Part shown: piece by piece, positions 9,653 through 18,660 of the stretch
How the letters are laid out: each line of letters begins with the position of its first letter
Numbering within the stretch: the stretch's first letter is position 1
Notes under the pieces: model-generated
Seen by the model: the letters and a program-made list of their open reading frames with translations, nothing else
What the model was told of the DNA's origin: nothing
Databases searched by the model: none
From: Hyphomicrobiales bacterium
Lineage (GTDB): Bacteria > Pseudomonadota > Alphaproteobacteria > Rhizobiales > Rhizobiaceae
NCBI GenBank assembly: GCA_021775495.1
Contig: JAJFHT010000071.1
Span: forward strand, 4,244 to 68,243
Direction: 5' to 3'
DNA length: 64,000 nucleotides
Made by a program: the position numbers and the translations under genes

Positions 9653-10591
9653 CAGTTCTCCGGTGATCAGAAATAGCAATGCCGTGACGGTGACGACGGA
9701 ACCGATCGTCGTCACAAGAATGCTTGCCGATGCGCGTTCGACCCAGACACCATATTGCTGAGCGATGACGAAAACATTCGTTGCTGTAGGCAGAGCTGCC
9801 AGAAGGACGGCGGAAAACATCCAGACTGGTGAAAAATCACCGACCCAGCTCAGTACAAGATAGCAGATGATCGGGTGGATAATCAGTTTGATCACGGTGA
9901 TCGGCAGCAATTCACGCGGCATTCGCCTGATTGGCCGAAGTGCCAGTGTCACTCCCATGGCAAAAAGTGCACAGGGAGCGGCAGCGCGCGCCAGATATTC
10001 CAGCAGTTGTTCCACCGGCACCGGAGGTCTGACTTCGAAATAGGCAGCAGAGACACCGATGGCGGTGGCGATTATGAAAGGATGCAACACGATTTTTCTG
10101 ACAACATCATAGAGCAGCCGACTGGCACGGCGGGGATCATCGCCGGCCAATGCCATCAATGTCGGCGCAACAGCAAAATGCATGATGTTTTCGAAACAGA
10201 AGATCAGCGCGACCGGGACAGCGGCTTGGTCGCCGAAAACCAGCAACGCAAGTCCGGGCCCCATGTAACCGATATTGCCATATGCCGCAGACAGACCCTG
10301 GATGGTGCTCTCAGCCACGTTGCCACGGGTTCGTATTGTGGCAATCAGGAACATCAAAGCGAACATGATGTAGGTACTGAGGACCGAGCCGGCGATGAAA
10401 CTCCACTCCGAGAGCTTCTCAAAGGGGGTTTTTGCAAGCAGTTGGAAAAACAATGCCGGCAGTGCGAGGTAGATGACAAACGTGTTCATCCAACCGAGCG
10501 CCTCGGCTGGTTGCCTGGTGATTCTGGCGACCAGGAATCCCAGAAAAATCAATCCAAATAGCGGGAGTACAAGACCGACGACGTCTGACAT
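9623..10591 (-). CDS. AEC (auxin efflux carrier / malonate permease) family transporter
   Basis: FVIYLALPALFF, GNIGYMG and AALPTATNVFVIAQQY; about 10 TM segments. Confidence 0.88.
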   Translation of the reverse strand: MSDVVGLVLPLFGLIFLGFLVARITRQPAEALGWMNTFVIYLALPALFFQLLAKTPFEKLSEWSFIAGSVLSTYIMFALMFLIATIRTRGNVAESTIQGLSAAYGNIGYMGPGLALLVFGDQAAVPVALIFCFENIMHFAVAPTLMALAGDDPRRASRLLYDVVRKIVLHPFIIATAIGVSAAYFEVRPPVPVEQLLEYLARAAAPCALFAMGVTLALRPIRRMPRELLPITVIKLIIHPIICYLVLSWVGDFSPVWMFSAVLLAALPTATNVFVIAQQYGVWVERASASILVTTIGSVVTVTALLFLITGELLPPDLFPSG

Positions 10592-10923
10592 CTCAGAGCA
10601 TATCTTGTTTATGCGGAAGCATTTGATGGGCCAGATCGGTTTGCTCGCCTAGGCGCGGAGCGCCGCGCGATGTGGTGCATCGGGCAAGCTTGGCAACGAC
10701 GCCGACGAACCGATATGGACCACCGAAGGCTGGATTTACGCGCCCGCTGGACTGCGTTGCGCTCCAATTGTGGTCATTAAGACCACGGCATGGAACGCGC
10801 CTTGCCAGCAAACCCGTAAATCCAGTCAAATGATTCCGTATAAACAAGATGTGCTCTCACCTGAGAATGTTTACCTCAAATCCGCTAACTTGCTCAGGTA
10901 GGCCACGTCAATCCAACGAAGGG

Positions 10924-10954
10924 ATTGATTTGGCGGCGGTGCTGCGCCACATAC
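10924..10954 (+). promoter_or_regulatory. Putative RpoH (sigma32) promoter of hspQ
   Basis: ATTGAT-N17-CCACATAC about 20 nt upstream of the start; partial match to the alphaproteobacterial CTTG..N17..CCTATAT consensus. Confidence 0.4.
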
Positions 10955-10974
10955 AGCCTGAAAGGTGAACATCA

Positions 10975-11307
10975 ATGGGGCAGATGAAACAGGCCAAGTT
11001 TGAGATCGGACAGGTTGTCCGGCACCGGAAGTTTCCGTTTCGCGGCGTGATCTATGACGTCGATCCGGTGTTCGATAACACCGAGGAATGGTACGAATCC
11101 ATCCCGGCCGAAATTCGCCCGCGCAAGGATCAGCCTTTTTATCATCTGCTTGCCGAAAATGATGAGACTGAATACGTCGCCTATGTATCGGAGCAGAACC
11201 TGCTGCCCGACGAGAGCGGCGAACCCGTCCGCCATCCGCAGATCAGCGAGTTCTTCGAAAAGACCGATGATGGCCGATACGAGCCGAAAAGATCGGCGCA
11301 CCACTAA
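10975..11307 (+). CDS. hspQ: Heat shock protein HspQ (YccV-like)
   Basis: AKFEIGQVVRHRKFPFRGVIYDVDP and DQPFYHLLAEN...AYVSEQNL. Confidence 0.93.
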   Translation: MGQMKQAKFEIGQVVRHRKFPFRGVIYDVDPVFDNTEEWYESIPAEIRPRKDQPFYHLLAENDETEYVAYVSEQNLLPDESGEPVRHPQISEFFEKTDDGRYEPKRSAHH

Positions 11308-11311
11308 CGCT

Positions 11312-12001
11312 TCAGTCGTTTTCGAACAATCCCGCTTTTGCTGCAAGGCCTGCCATGGCTCCACCGATCATCGGTGCGGCGATGTAGAGCCACAGCTGGC
11401 CAATGGCGGTTGCTCCGGCAAACAGTGCCGGACTAATGGAGCGCGCCGGGTTCAGTGACGTGCCGGATACCGGATAGAACGCAATATGGAGCGCCACCAG
11501 TGTCAGGCCGATAACCAGCCCGGAGAGCATGGTCGCGTGTTTTTTACTGGTGACACCGAGAAAGACGGTCACAAAGACAAACGTCACGACAACCTCGGTT
11601 ATGAAAGCCGCGCCTGTCCCAAAACCGTTTTCGGGATCCCAGCCGCTCTGCCCAAAACCCGAGGCGGAAATATCGTAACCACCGGCTTTGTCCGCGACAA
11701 TCACATAGAGCACGATCGAGGCAATGATGGCTCCGGCAATCTGGGCGATCATGTAGGGCAAGACGTCCTTTGCAGGCAGTCTGTCGGCAAGAAATACCCC
11801 TAAAGTCACGGCCGGGTTGAGATGCGCGCCGGAAACCGGCCCGACGGCATAGGCCATGGCAACCCATGCGATACCAAACGAAAACCCGACACCAAACGCG
11901 CCTGCAGGAACAATACCGCCAAAACCCCCGGTGACCACCGACGCGCAACCGATAAGAACAAGACAAAATGTGCCGAAAATCTCGGCAATATATGATTTCA
12001 T
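11312..12001 (-). CDS. aqpZ: Aquaporin Z (MIP family)
   Basis: YIAEIFGTF and two NPA boxes (HLNPAVT, SLNPARS); H/T/R filter residues as in water-selective AqpZ. Confidence 0.88.
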   Translation of the reverse strand: MKSYIAEIFGTFCLVLIGCASVVTGGFGGIVPAGAFGVGFSFGIAWVAMAYAVGPVSGAHLNPAVTLGVFLADRLPAKDVLPYMIAQIAGAIIASIVLYVIVADKAGGYDISASGFGQSGWDPENGFGTGAAFITEVVVTFVFVTVFLGVTSKKHATMLSGLVIGLTLVALHIAFYPVSGTSLNPARSISPALFAGATAIGQLWLYIAAPMIGGAMAGLAAKAGLFEND

Positions 12002-12089
12002 TATTGTTACCTCATGCCCCGTCTACTGGTTCAAGCACAGCAACTGCCAACGGTAAGAAATACGCCGCATTCATGCGAAATTGAAGCAT

Positions 12090-13067
12090 TTATGAGACGG
12101 CAATTTCTCCTTGTTTCGCTTCATGTTTCCCCAAAGTGTCCTGCCACAGCTGTTCCGTTTTTTTAGTTTTGGCAGCCAACTCGACTTTCAATTCGCCGAC
12201 AAACTCACTTATCGCCGGTGTCCGGCGGCGTCCGTGAGACATGATGCCGAACTGGCGGTGAGGTCCCGGTAAACGAAATGGCAGCAAACTAACCTCCCCC
12301 GCCGCCACCAGACCGGCGACGACCAAATTTGGCAGAACCGTGAGAGCGTCGGTTGAAAGCAATGACATGCGAACAGCTCCGGCAGAAGAACTTTCCAAGG
12401 CCATGCGCTTGAGGTGTGAAACGCCCGATGCAAGCAGGGATGCACGCATGTCCTGATAGAGGTTGCTGTTGCGGCTATGCGAGATCCAACTGGCTTGAGC
12501 AAGCATCTCGACCGATATGTGCGGGGCCGCGAGATAGGGATGCCCTGGCCGGCAGGCGATGACGTTTCTGTCAAAAAACTGGGCCTCGATGTTCAGTTCG
12601 CTGCTTTCAAGTATCTCCACTGGACCAACGACGACATCAAGCTGGTCATCCACCAGCATTTCACGCAGTCCATGTGCGTAATTGACCTGCAGCACGATAT
12701 GCACGCCGGGCGCAGTATTCAGCCGTCGACCGATGAACTCTCCTATCACCCGCTCGGCAAAAAACGGCGGAGCACCAATTCTGACCTCACCCTGTTGCCC
12801 TGTCGACGAGCGGTTGGCTATCGCCGACGCTTGCTCGGCAGCCGAGCGGATGTTGCGTCCCTGCTCGGCCAGGCTGAGACACAATTCCGTCGGCACAAGC
12901 GCCTTGCGCCGGGATGTGAACAGAGCGCCGCCAAGCCGGTTTTCAAGATCCGTCAATAATCGGCTCAACGCCGGTTGGCTGGTGTTCAATTGCCGCGCTG
13001 CGACCGTCAGGGACCGCTTGTCTACGATTTCCGCCAGTTGAATAAGATGTCGTGGATCCAGTTTCAC
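12090..13067 (-). CDS. LysR family transcriptional regulator
   Basis: N-terminal HTH SLTVAARQLNTSQPALSRLLTDLENRLG; GTG start with GAGGAGG RBS; divergent from the TRAP operon. Confidence 0.92.
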   Translation of the reverse strand: MKLDPRHLIQLAEIVDKRSLTVAARQLNTSQPALSRLLTDLENRLGGALFTSRRKALVPTELCLSLAEQGRNIRSAAEQASAIANRSSTGQQGEVRIGAPPFFAERVIGEFIGRRLNTAPGVHIVLQVNYAHGLREMLVDDQLDVVVGPVEILESSELNIEAQFFDRNVIACRPGHPYLAAPHISVEMLAQASWISHSRNSNLYQDMRASLLASGVSHLKRMALESSSAGAVRMSLLSTDALTVLPNLVVAGLVAAGEVSLLPFRLPGPHRQFGIMSHGRRRTPAISEFVGELKVELAAKTKKTEQLWQDTLGKHEAKQGEIAVS

Positions 13068-13079
13068 AGGGCCTCCTCA

Positions 13080-13096
13080 CATATCAGTATGATATG
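13080..13096. promoter_or_regulatory. LysR-type operator (T-N11-A palindrome)
   Basis: Perfect inverted repeat CATATCA-gta-TGATATG containing T13082-N11-A13094, just upstream of the lysR start in the divergent spacer. Confidence 0.7.
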
Positions 13097-13196
13097 TATA
13101 GCTTGGAAAATACAATTTCACATCATCTCGTGCCAATCCTATTCTGCCCGCGAAACGGGCGCTCAATCAGATCGTCGTCATGTTGGGAGGAATATC

Positions 13197-14234
13197 ATGC
13201 GCTGGATATCAAGATTTGCGGCGACAATTGGAATTGCCGCGGTGGCTGCGATTTCAAGCGGTCAAGCCGAAGCCGCGACACGTCTGCTGGTAAATTGTTT
13301 CTGGCCGCCCCAACACTATGTCTGCAAATCAGTGCTACCAACCTGGGGGAAATGGGTCGAGGAAGCCACAGAGGGCCGGGTGAAAATCTCCATCCCGCCT
13401 AAATCCGTTGCCGCACCGCCCGAGCAATGGGACGCGGTGGCAAAGGGAATTGCGGACGCCGCACCGCAATTCAACGGATTTATCCAGAACCGGATTACCG
13501 GCCCGTTGGTGGCGATGAACCCCTTCATCGCCACGGTCGACGCGCAGGCAATGTCGTCGGCACTCTGGGAAACCTACCAGAAGTATTTTCCGGACGAGTA
13601 TGACGGCGTCCACCTGCTCTCCATGTGGGTCATCACTCCGGCCGAACTCTACAGTCAGACAGACAAGCCGCTGAATTCGATCGAAGACTTGAAGTCGCGG
13701 AAGATCTGGGCGCTGCCCGGGACACTTGCCCTGACCATGAAAAATGTTGGTGCAGGTGTTGTCGCTGGCCCCGCTGTTCAGGCCAATGAAATTATCTCCC
13801 GCGGTGTGGTAGACGCCCATGTCGGCCTCAGCCCGACTGCCGTCCGCGACTTTCAGGTCATTCCCTACACAAAATCCATGACGAAGTTCAAAAAGCGCAT
13901 TTATTCGACCAGCTTTTCCTTCTTCGTCAACGAGGACAAATGGGCTGAAATTTCTCCCGAGGATCAGGCAAAGATCACTGCTGTCAGCGGAAAAAAGTTT
14001 GCCCGCATGGCATCGGAACACTGGATGCGCAAAGATGCGACGGCATTGGAGGAGTTCAAAAAGGCCGGCATCAAGATCATTGATGCTGATCCTGCATTTG
14101 AGGCGGCGCTGGCAGAAGCTGCTGAGCCGTTCAAGAAAAAATGGCTTGCCAAAATGGAGAGCAAGGGCCTCGACGGTCAGGGCGCGTATGATTTCTACAT
14201 CAAGCGGATTCAAGAATTGTCAAAGGGCAACTGA
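13197..14234 (+). CDS. TRAP transporter substrate-binding protein (DctP family)
   Basis: Signal peptide MRWISRFAATIGIAAVAA...AEA; W...VEEATEGRVKI, GIAD and NEDKWAEISPEDQ; GGGAGG RBS. Confidence 0.88.
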   Translation: MRWISRFAATIGIAAVAAISSGQAEAATRLLVNCFWPPQHYVCKSVLPTWGKWVEEATEGRVKISIPPKSVAAPPEQWDAVAKGIADAAPQFNGFIQNRITGPLVAMNPFIATVDAQAMSSALWETYQKYFPDEYDGVHLLSMWVITPAELYSQTDKPLNSIEDLKSRKIWALPGTLALTMKNVGAGVVAGPAVQANEIISRGVVDAHVGLSPTAVRDFQVIPYTKSMTKFKKRIYSTSFSFFVNEDKWAEISPEDQAKITAVSGKKFARMASEHWMRKDATALEEFKKAGIKIIDADPAFEAALAEAAEPFKKKWLAKMESKGLDGQGAYDFYIKRIQELSKGN

Positions 14235-14253
14235 ACCCGGATAAGATCGTAAT

Positions 14254-14769
14254 ATGCACCAGCACTCAAATGCGCGCGCAGTGCTAAAACAGACGTTGCG
14301 CGCGCTTGAAGTTGTCTCGGCCATTCTGCTGTTTGTCATGATGGTCCTGACATTCGCTGATGTCATTGGACGATATGTATTCACAGCTCCGATCTACGGG
14401 GCAGCCGAGATGGTGCAATTTCTTCTGGCGATGACAATTTTCGCCGGGCTTGGCCTGGTGAATGCGCATGACCAGCATATCGTTGTGGAATTGTTCGAAC
14501 CAGCGCTCGACCGCTATTTCGCCAGGACGAGGCGAGTGATCGTGCAGTTGTTTTCAGTAATGGTAATGGCCATCATAGCGTTCGAGCTGACAAATTTTGC
14601 AATCGAAGCGCAACAACAAGAAAAAGCGACAGTTGTGCTTGAATGGCCACTCGTCGTGGTCGCCGGTACAGTCGCCTTTTTCTCGGCATTGAGTCTCGTT
14701 CTGCAAATTGCCGGGTTGCTTATCGGAGAAGAGACCTCGGCAGCCGACCATCAGGGTGGTGCGCTTTGA
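14254..14769 (+). CDS. TRAP transporter small permease (DctQ)
   Basis: 4 TM segments; DVIGRYVFTAPIYGAAEMV and HIVVEL. Confidence 0.88.
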   Translation: MHQHSNARAVLKQTLRALEVVSAILLFVMMVLTFADVIGRYVFTAPIYGAAEMVQFLLAMTIFAGLGLVNAHDQHIVVELFEPALDRYFARTRRVIVQLFSVMVMAIIAFELTNFAIEAQQQEKATVVLEWPLVVVAGTVAFFSALSLVLQIAGLLIGEETSAADHQGGAL

Positions 14770-16061
14770 CGACCGCCCTGATCGGGTTCGCCGCCTTGAT
14801 CCTGATGTGTTTCTTCGGGTTCCGCGTGGGTTTCGCGACACTGTTCGTCGGTCTCGTCGGATTTGCGTTTGAACGCGGCTGGTCCGCTGCGTTTGCGATG
14901 ACAGGTTCGCAGATCATGGACGACGCGATGAACTACAATCTCAGCGTCATTCCGCTTTTTGTGCTGATGGGTGTTTTCATCTACCGCGCCGATATCTCAA
15001 AGGACCTTTATCAGGCCGCCTATTCCGGCCTTGGCGGATTTCGGGGTGGACTGGCGTTATCAACCGTCGTCGCATGCGCAGGATTTTCGGCCGTATGTGG
15101 CTCGTCGCTGGCAACGGCGGCGACCATGACCAAGGTGGCAATGCCGCCAATGCGCAAATACGGCTATCAGGACAGCCTGGCATCCGGGACAATCGCCGCA
15201 GGGGGAACGCTGGGCATCATGATCCCGCCGTCGGTGCCCCTCGTCATTTACGGCATCGTAGCGGAGCAGGACATTGGCAAGCTGTTCATTGCCGGCGTCC
15301 TGCCCGGCATATTGCTGGTGGCGCTTTTCATGGGGGCTGTTGCCGTCACCGTCCGCCACAACCCGGAAGCCGGGCCTGCCGGCGACCCTCTTCCTGCAGA
15401 AGACGTTCGTCGCGCATTGCGCTCGGTATGGCCGGTTCTGGGATTGTTTGTGGTCGTGCTCGGCGGCATTTACGGCAGCATTTTCACGCCTACGGAAGCT
15501 TCGGGAATCGGCGCCTTTGGCGCCGCGGTCATTGCCCTGTCGCGTGGTCATCTGTGGAAGCTGACGGAGTGGAAGGACGCGTTGGTCGAAGCGGTCAAAA
15601 CGACATCCACCCTTTTCATTGTCATATTTGGCGCCCTGGTTTTTGCCCAGTTCATCAATCTTTCCGGGATGCCATATGACCTGCTCGATCTGATCGACGA
15701 ACTGAAGCTTTCACCGACCGGTCTGGTCATCGCGGTCGCCATCATTGCCGTCCTCATGGGAATGGTTTTTGAGTCCATCGGCATCCTGTTGCTGTTGGTC
15801 CCGGTCTTCCTCCCGTCTCTCTATGATGCGGGTGTCGACATGATCTGGTTCGGCATCATTGTTGTGCTGGTGACCGAACTCGGCCTGATCACGCCGCCCA
15901 TCGGAATGAACGTCTTTGTGGTGAAATCGGTGATGCCGGACATTGAACTCGGCGCCATCTTCAAAGGCGTTGTTCCATTCATTGCAGCCGATGTATTGGC
16001 GCTGATCCTGGTGTTTCTTGTCCCTGGCATCGCCGTCTGGCTGCCGGCATTGATGCGATAA
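14766..16061 (+). CDS. TRAP transporter large permease (DctM)
   Basis: IPLFVLMG, GSSLATAATM, GTLGIMIPPS, FTPTEA and GLITPPIGMNVFV; TTG start overlapping the dctQ stop (TTGA). Confidence 0.92.
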   Translation: MTTALIGFAALILMCFFGFRVGFATLFVGLVGFAFERGWSAAFAMTGSQIMDDAMNYNLSVIPLFVLMGVFIYRADISKDLYQAAYSGLGGFRGGLALSTVVACAGFSAVCGSSLATAATMTKVAMPPMRKYGYQDSLASGTIAAGGTLGIMIPPSVPLVIYGIVAEQDIGKLFIAGVLPGILLVALFMGAVAVTVRHNPEAGPAGDPLPAEDVRRALRSVWPVLGLFVVVLGGIYGSIFTPTEASGIGAFGAAVIALSRGHLWKLTEWKDALVEAVKTTSTLFIVIFGALVFAQFINLSGMPYDLLDLIDELKLSPTGLVIAVAIIAVLMGMVFESIGILLLLVPVFLPSLYDAGVDMIWFGIIVVLVTELGLITPPIGMNVFVVKSVMPDIELGAIFKGVVPFIAADVLALILVFLVPGIAVWLPALMR

Positions 16062-16106
16062 ACCGGCCCGGGAACCTGAAAACATGCAAATTCGAGGATG
16101 CTATTG

Positions 16107-17693
16107 ATGAGTTCAAAGGTGAAGAACATTCTCTTCATAATGGCCGACCAGCTGCGGTGGGATTATCTGTCCTGCTATGGTCATCCGACGCTAGATACGC
16201 CGAATATCGACAAGCTGGCGGAAATGGGCGTCCGGTTTGATCGGGCCTATGTTCAATCGCCGGTCTGCGGTCCATCGCGGGCCTCCTATTACACCGGCCG
16301 GACGGTGTTCAGCCACGGCGCCACCTGGAACCGCGTGCCGTTGCCGATTGGTGAAATGACGATCGGAGACTATCTGCGTCCCTTGGGGATACAGACCGCA
16401 GTTGTCGGCAAAACACACATGATGCCGGATCGTGATGGCATGAGCCGATTTGGTCTGACTGAAGATACCGAGATCGGCATCCAGGTTTCGCAACCGGGAT
16501 TTGATCCATATGAGCGCGACGACGGGCTGCATCCAGATGAGTTGCTGAAACGCAAGGGCGGTAAGTTGCGTTACAATGATTGGCTGCGCAAACAGGGCTA
16601 CGACGCGGAAAACCCCTGGAATGAATTCGCCAATTCGGCGGAAGGTCCGAATGGTGAAGTGCTTTCGGCATGGGACCTCAGGAATTCAGCAAAACCGGCC
16701 CGTGTCGACAGGAAGCATTCCGAAACGGCCTATATGACGATGCGCGGCATCGAATTCATGGAGGAGATGGGTGACCGGCCGTGGCTGTTGCATCTTTCCT
16801 ATATCAAACCACACTGGCCCTATATCGCGCCGGCGCCCTATCACAGCATGTTCGGGCCAAACAGCTTTCTGCCGCCCTGCCGCTCGGATAGCGAGCGTCA
16901 GGATCCGAATCCCGTGTTCGACGCATTCATGAACATGCAGGTTTCCAAGACCTTCTCGCGCGACGAAGTCCGTGAAACCGTTCTGACCGGATATATGGGC
17001 CTGATAAAGGAAATTGATGATCACGTTGGCCGAACACTCGACTACCTCGAAAAATCCGAGCGCATGAAGGATACCATGATCGTATTCACTTCCGATCATG
17101 GCGACTATCTTGGCGATCACTGGATGGGTGAAAAGGAATTGTTCCACGAACAATCCGTACGTGTGCCATTGATAATCTATCACCCCGACGAGCGCGCCAA
17201 CGCCACCCGCGGGTCGGTCAATACAGATTTCGTCGAAGCAATAGATCTCGTGCCGACATTCATTGATGCCACCGGCGCGGAGCCGCCATCACACAGACTT
17301 GAGGGCCGTTCCATCCAACCGTTGCTGTTGGGAGAACGACAAGAAGCGGCACGCGATCACGTCTTCAGCGAAATCGACTACGCGTTCTACGCCGCGCGCG
17401 ACATACTTGACGTCGGGCCAGCCGATGCCCGCGGTTACATGATAAGGACCGACCGATGGAAATACATCCATTTCAAAGGATTTCCACCACAGCTGTTTGA
17501 TCTGGAGAACGACCCCGATGAGTTTGAAGACATCGGCAGAACACCCGGTTACGAACCGGTGCGTGAGGAACTGAAAGAAATCCTATTCGAGCGCCTCCTG
17601 GATCGAAAGAACCGCGTCACAATGACCGACCAGGAAGTTCTCAATATGCGACAGGACGAAAGTAAGGGCGGAATCGTTATCGGTCGTTGGTAA
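16107..17693 (+). CDS. Cys-type sulfatase / alkaline phosphatase superfamily hydrolase (arylsulfatase or phosphonate monoester hydrolase-like)
   Basis: NILFIMADQLR, CGPSRAS (CxPxR formylglycine motif), GKTH, KPHWP and FTSDHGD; no signal peptide. Start is 16107 (GAGG RBS) or 16098. Confidence 0.88.
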   Translation: MSSKVKNILFIMADQLRWDYLSCYGHPTLDTPNIDKLAEMGVRFDRAYVQSPVCGPSRASYYTGRTVFSHGATWNRVPLPIGEMTIGDYLRPLGIQTAVVGKTHMMPDRDGMSRFGLTEDTEIGIQVSQPGFDPYERDDGLHPDELLKRKGGKLRYNDWLRKQGYDAENPWNEFANSAEGPNGEVLSAWDLRNSAKPARVDRKHSETAYMTMRGIEFMEEMGDRPWLLHLSYIKPHWPYIAPAPYHSMFGPNSFLPPCRSDSERQDPNPVFDAFMNMQVSKTFSRDEVRETVLTGYMGLIKEIDDHVGRTLDYLEKSERMKDTMIVFTSDHGDYLGDHWMGEKELFHEQSVRVPLIIYHPDERANATRGSVNTDFVEAIDLVPTFIDATGAEPPSHRLEGRSIQPLLLGERQEAARDHVFSEIDYAFYAARDILDVGPADARGYMIRTDRWKYIHFKGFPPQLFDLENDPDEFEDIGRTPGYEPVREELKEILFERLLDRKNRVTMTDQEVLNMRQDESKGGIVIGRW

Positions 17694-17715
17694 CTTCTGA
17701 TTGCGGCATCAAATG

Positions 17716-17743
17716 AAAAAGGCGGAGCCAAGCCCCGCCTTTT
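17716..17743. terminator. Bidirectional Rho-independent terminator (sulfatase / ialB)
   Basis: AAAAAGGCGG-agccaagcc-CCGCCTTTT. Confidence 0.75.
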
Positions 17744-17767
17744 GAAAATTCCATGAAACCGGAACGA

Positions 17768-18394
17768 TCAGTTGGATTGCTGCTGTTTGGCCTTTTCCTG
17801 TTCGGCCCGCAGTTTCTTTTCAAACTCGCCCTTGCGCTTCTCCAGTTCAGACTGAAGCTTCTGCTGGCGGTCCTGGATGTCAGACTGTTTCAGAGCCGGT
17901 CCGTCATAGGCCTGGGTGAATCCAGCCAGGGAAATCTTGATCGGGTTGGGTTTGTTCTGGAAGTTGACCGAGGTCAGCGTCAGTTCCCCACCCTTCTTCA
18001 GCGAAGCCACCAGTTTGTCATTCATCGCTGCTTCGGCGACACAGCGGTCCGGGAAACAAAGGGCGTAGTCGATCTTCTGGGCTTTCGCACCATCGATCTG
18101 CATGCCAATGCCCGGCAGGATCAACCGTCCGGTGGGAACGGAAATCTGGAATACCTTGCGGTTCACCTTTCCCTTGATTTCGATCAGGCTGATGCCGGTG
18201 ATCATCTGCCCCGTATCAGCCATAACGATGTTCTGGACATTGCAGATATCGTTGTCTGCCTGTTTCGAACACACTTTGAACCAGCCCTGCGGAATCTGCT
18301 GCGCGGCGGCGGGCGCCAGGCCTGAGGCGATCAGACCGACTGCTCCGGCAACTGCGAACATCACGCGGGAAGCAACGGATTTCCTGCTCTTCAT
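17768..18394 (-). CDS. ialB: Invasion associated locus B (IalB) family periplasmic protein
   Basis: Signal peptide; GWFKVCSKQ...ICNVQ, VPTGRLI, CFPDRC and ISLAGFTQAYDG. Confidence 0.85.
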   Translation of the reverse strand: MKSRKSVASRVMFAVAGAVGLIASGLAPAAAQQIPQGWFKVCSKQADNDICNVQNIVMADTGQMITGISLIEIKGKVNRKVFQISVPTGRLILPGIGMQIDGAKAQKIDYALCFPDRCVAEAAMNDKLVASLKKGGELTLTSVNFQNKPNPIKISLAGFTQAYDGPALKQSDIQDRQQKLQSELEKRKGEFEKKLRAEQEKAKQQQSN

Positions 18395-18660
18395 CAATTG
18401 AATTCCTCTTTTTTCAACCGGCAAGCGGTCTCAGATACAAATCTCTTCCAAGCTCATTGTTGCCCAATTGGGGCGACAGAATGGCCGTTGGAGCGGGTGT
18501 TACACCGCAATCCCGTACGAATCCAGCCCCGATGACCGTGCTTTGGCCAATAGATTCGATTATGGTTTTCGACGCAGCGACGCGTGGAGCCCAGTCTGCC
18601 GGGCATGATAGGGTCCAGATGCGAATCATGGGTGTTTGAAACCGAACCGGAGAAATCGCT

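Noticed and set aside
10593..10900. 84-aa ORF and short inverted repeat ACCTGAG/CTCAGGT in the AEC-hspQ spacer as a gene or sRNA
   Set aside because: No coding motifs and no terminator-like U-tract; the evidence is insufficient.
12975..13196. Upstream extensions of ORF-track calls (dctP, dctM, nuoC, nuoG, lolD, glmS, hupB, rnj, DUF2182)
   Set aside because: They overlap neighbouring genes or promoters; downstream starts have RBSs and family-typical N-termini.
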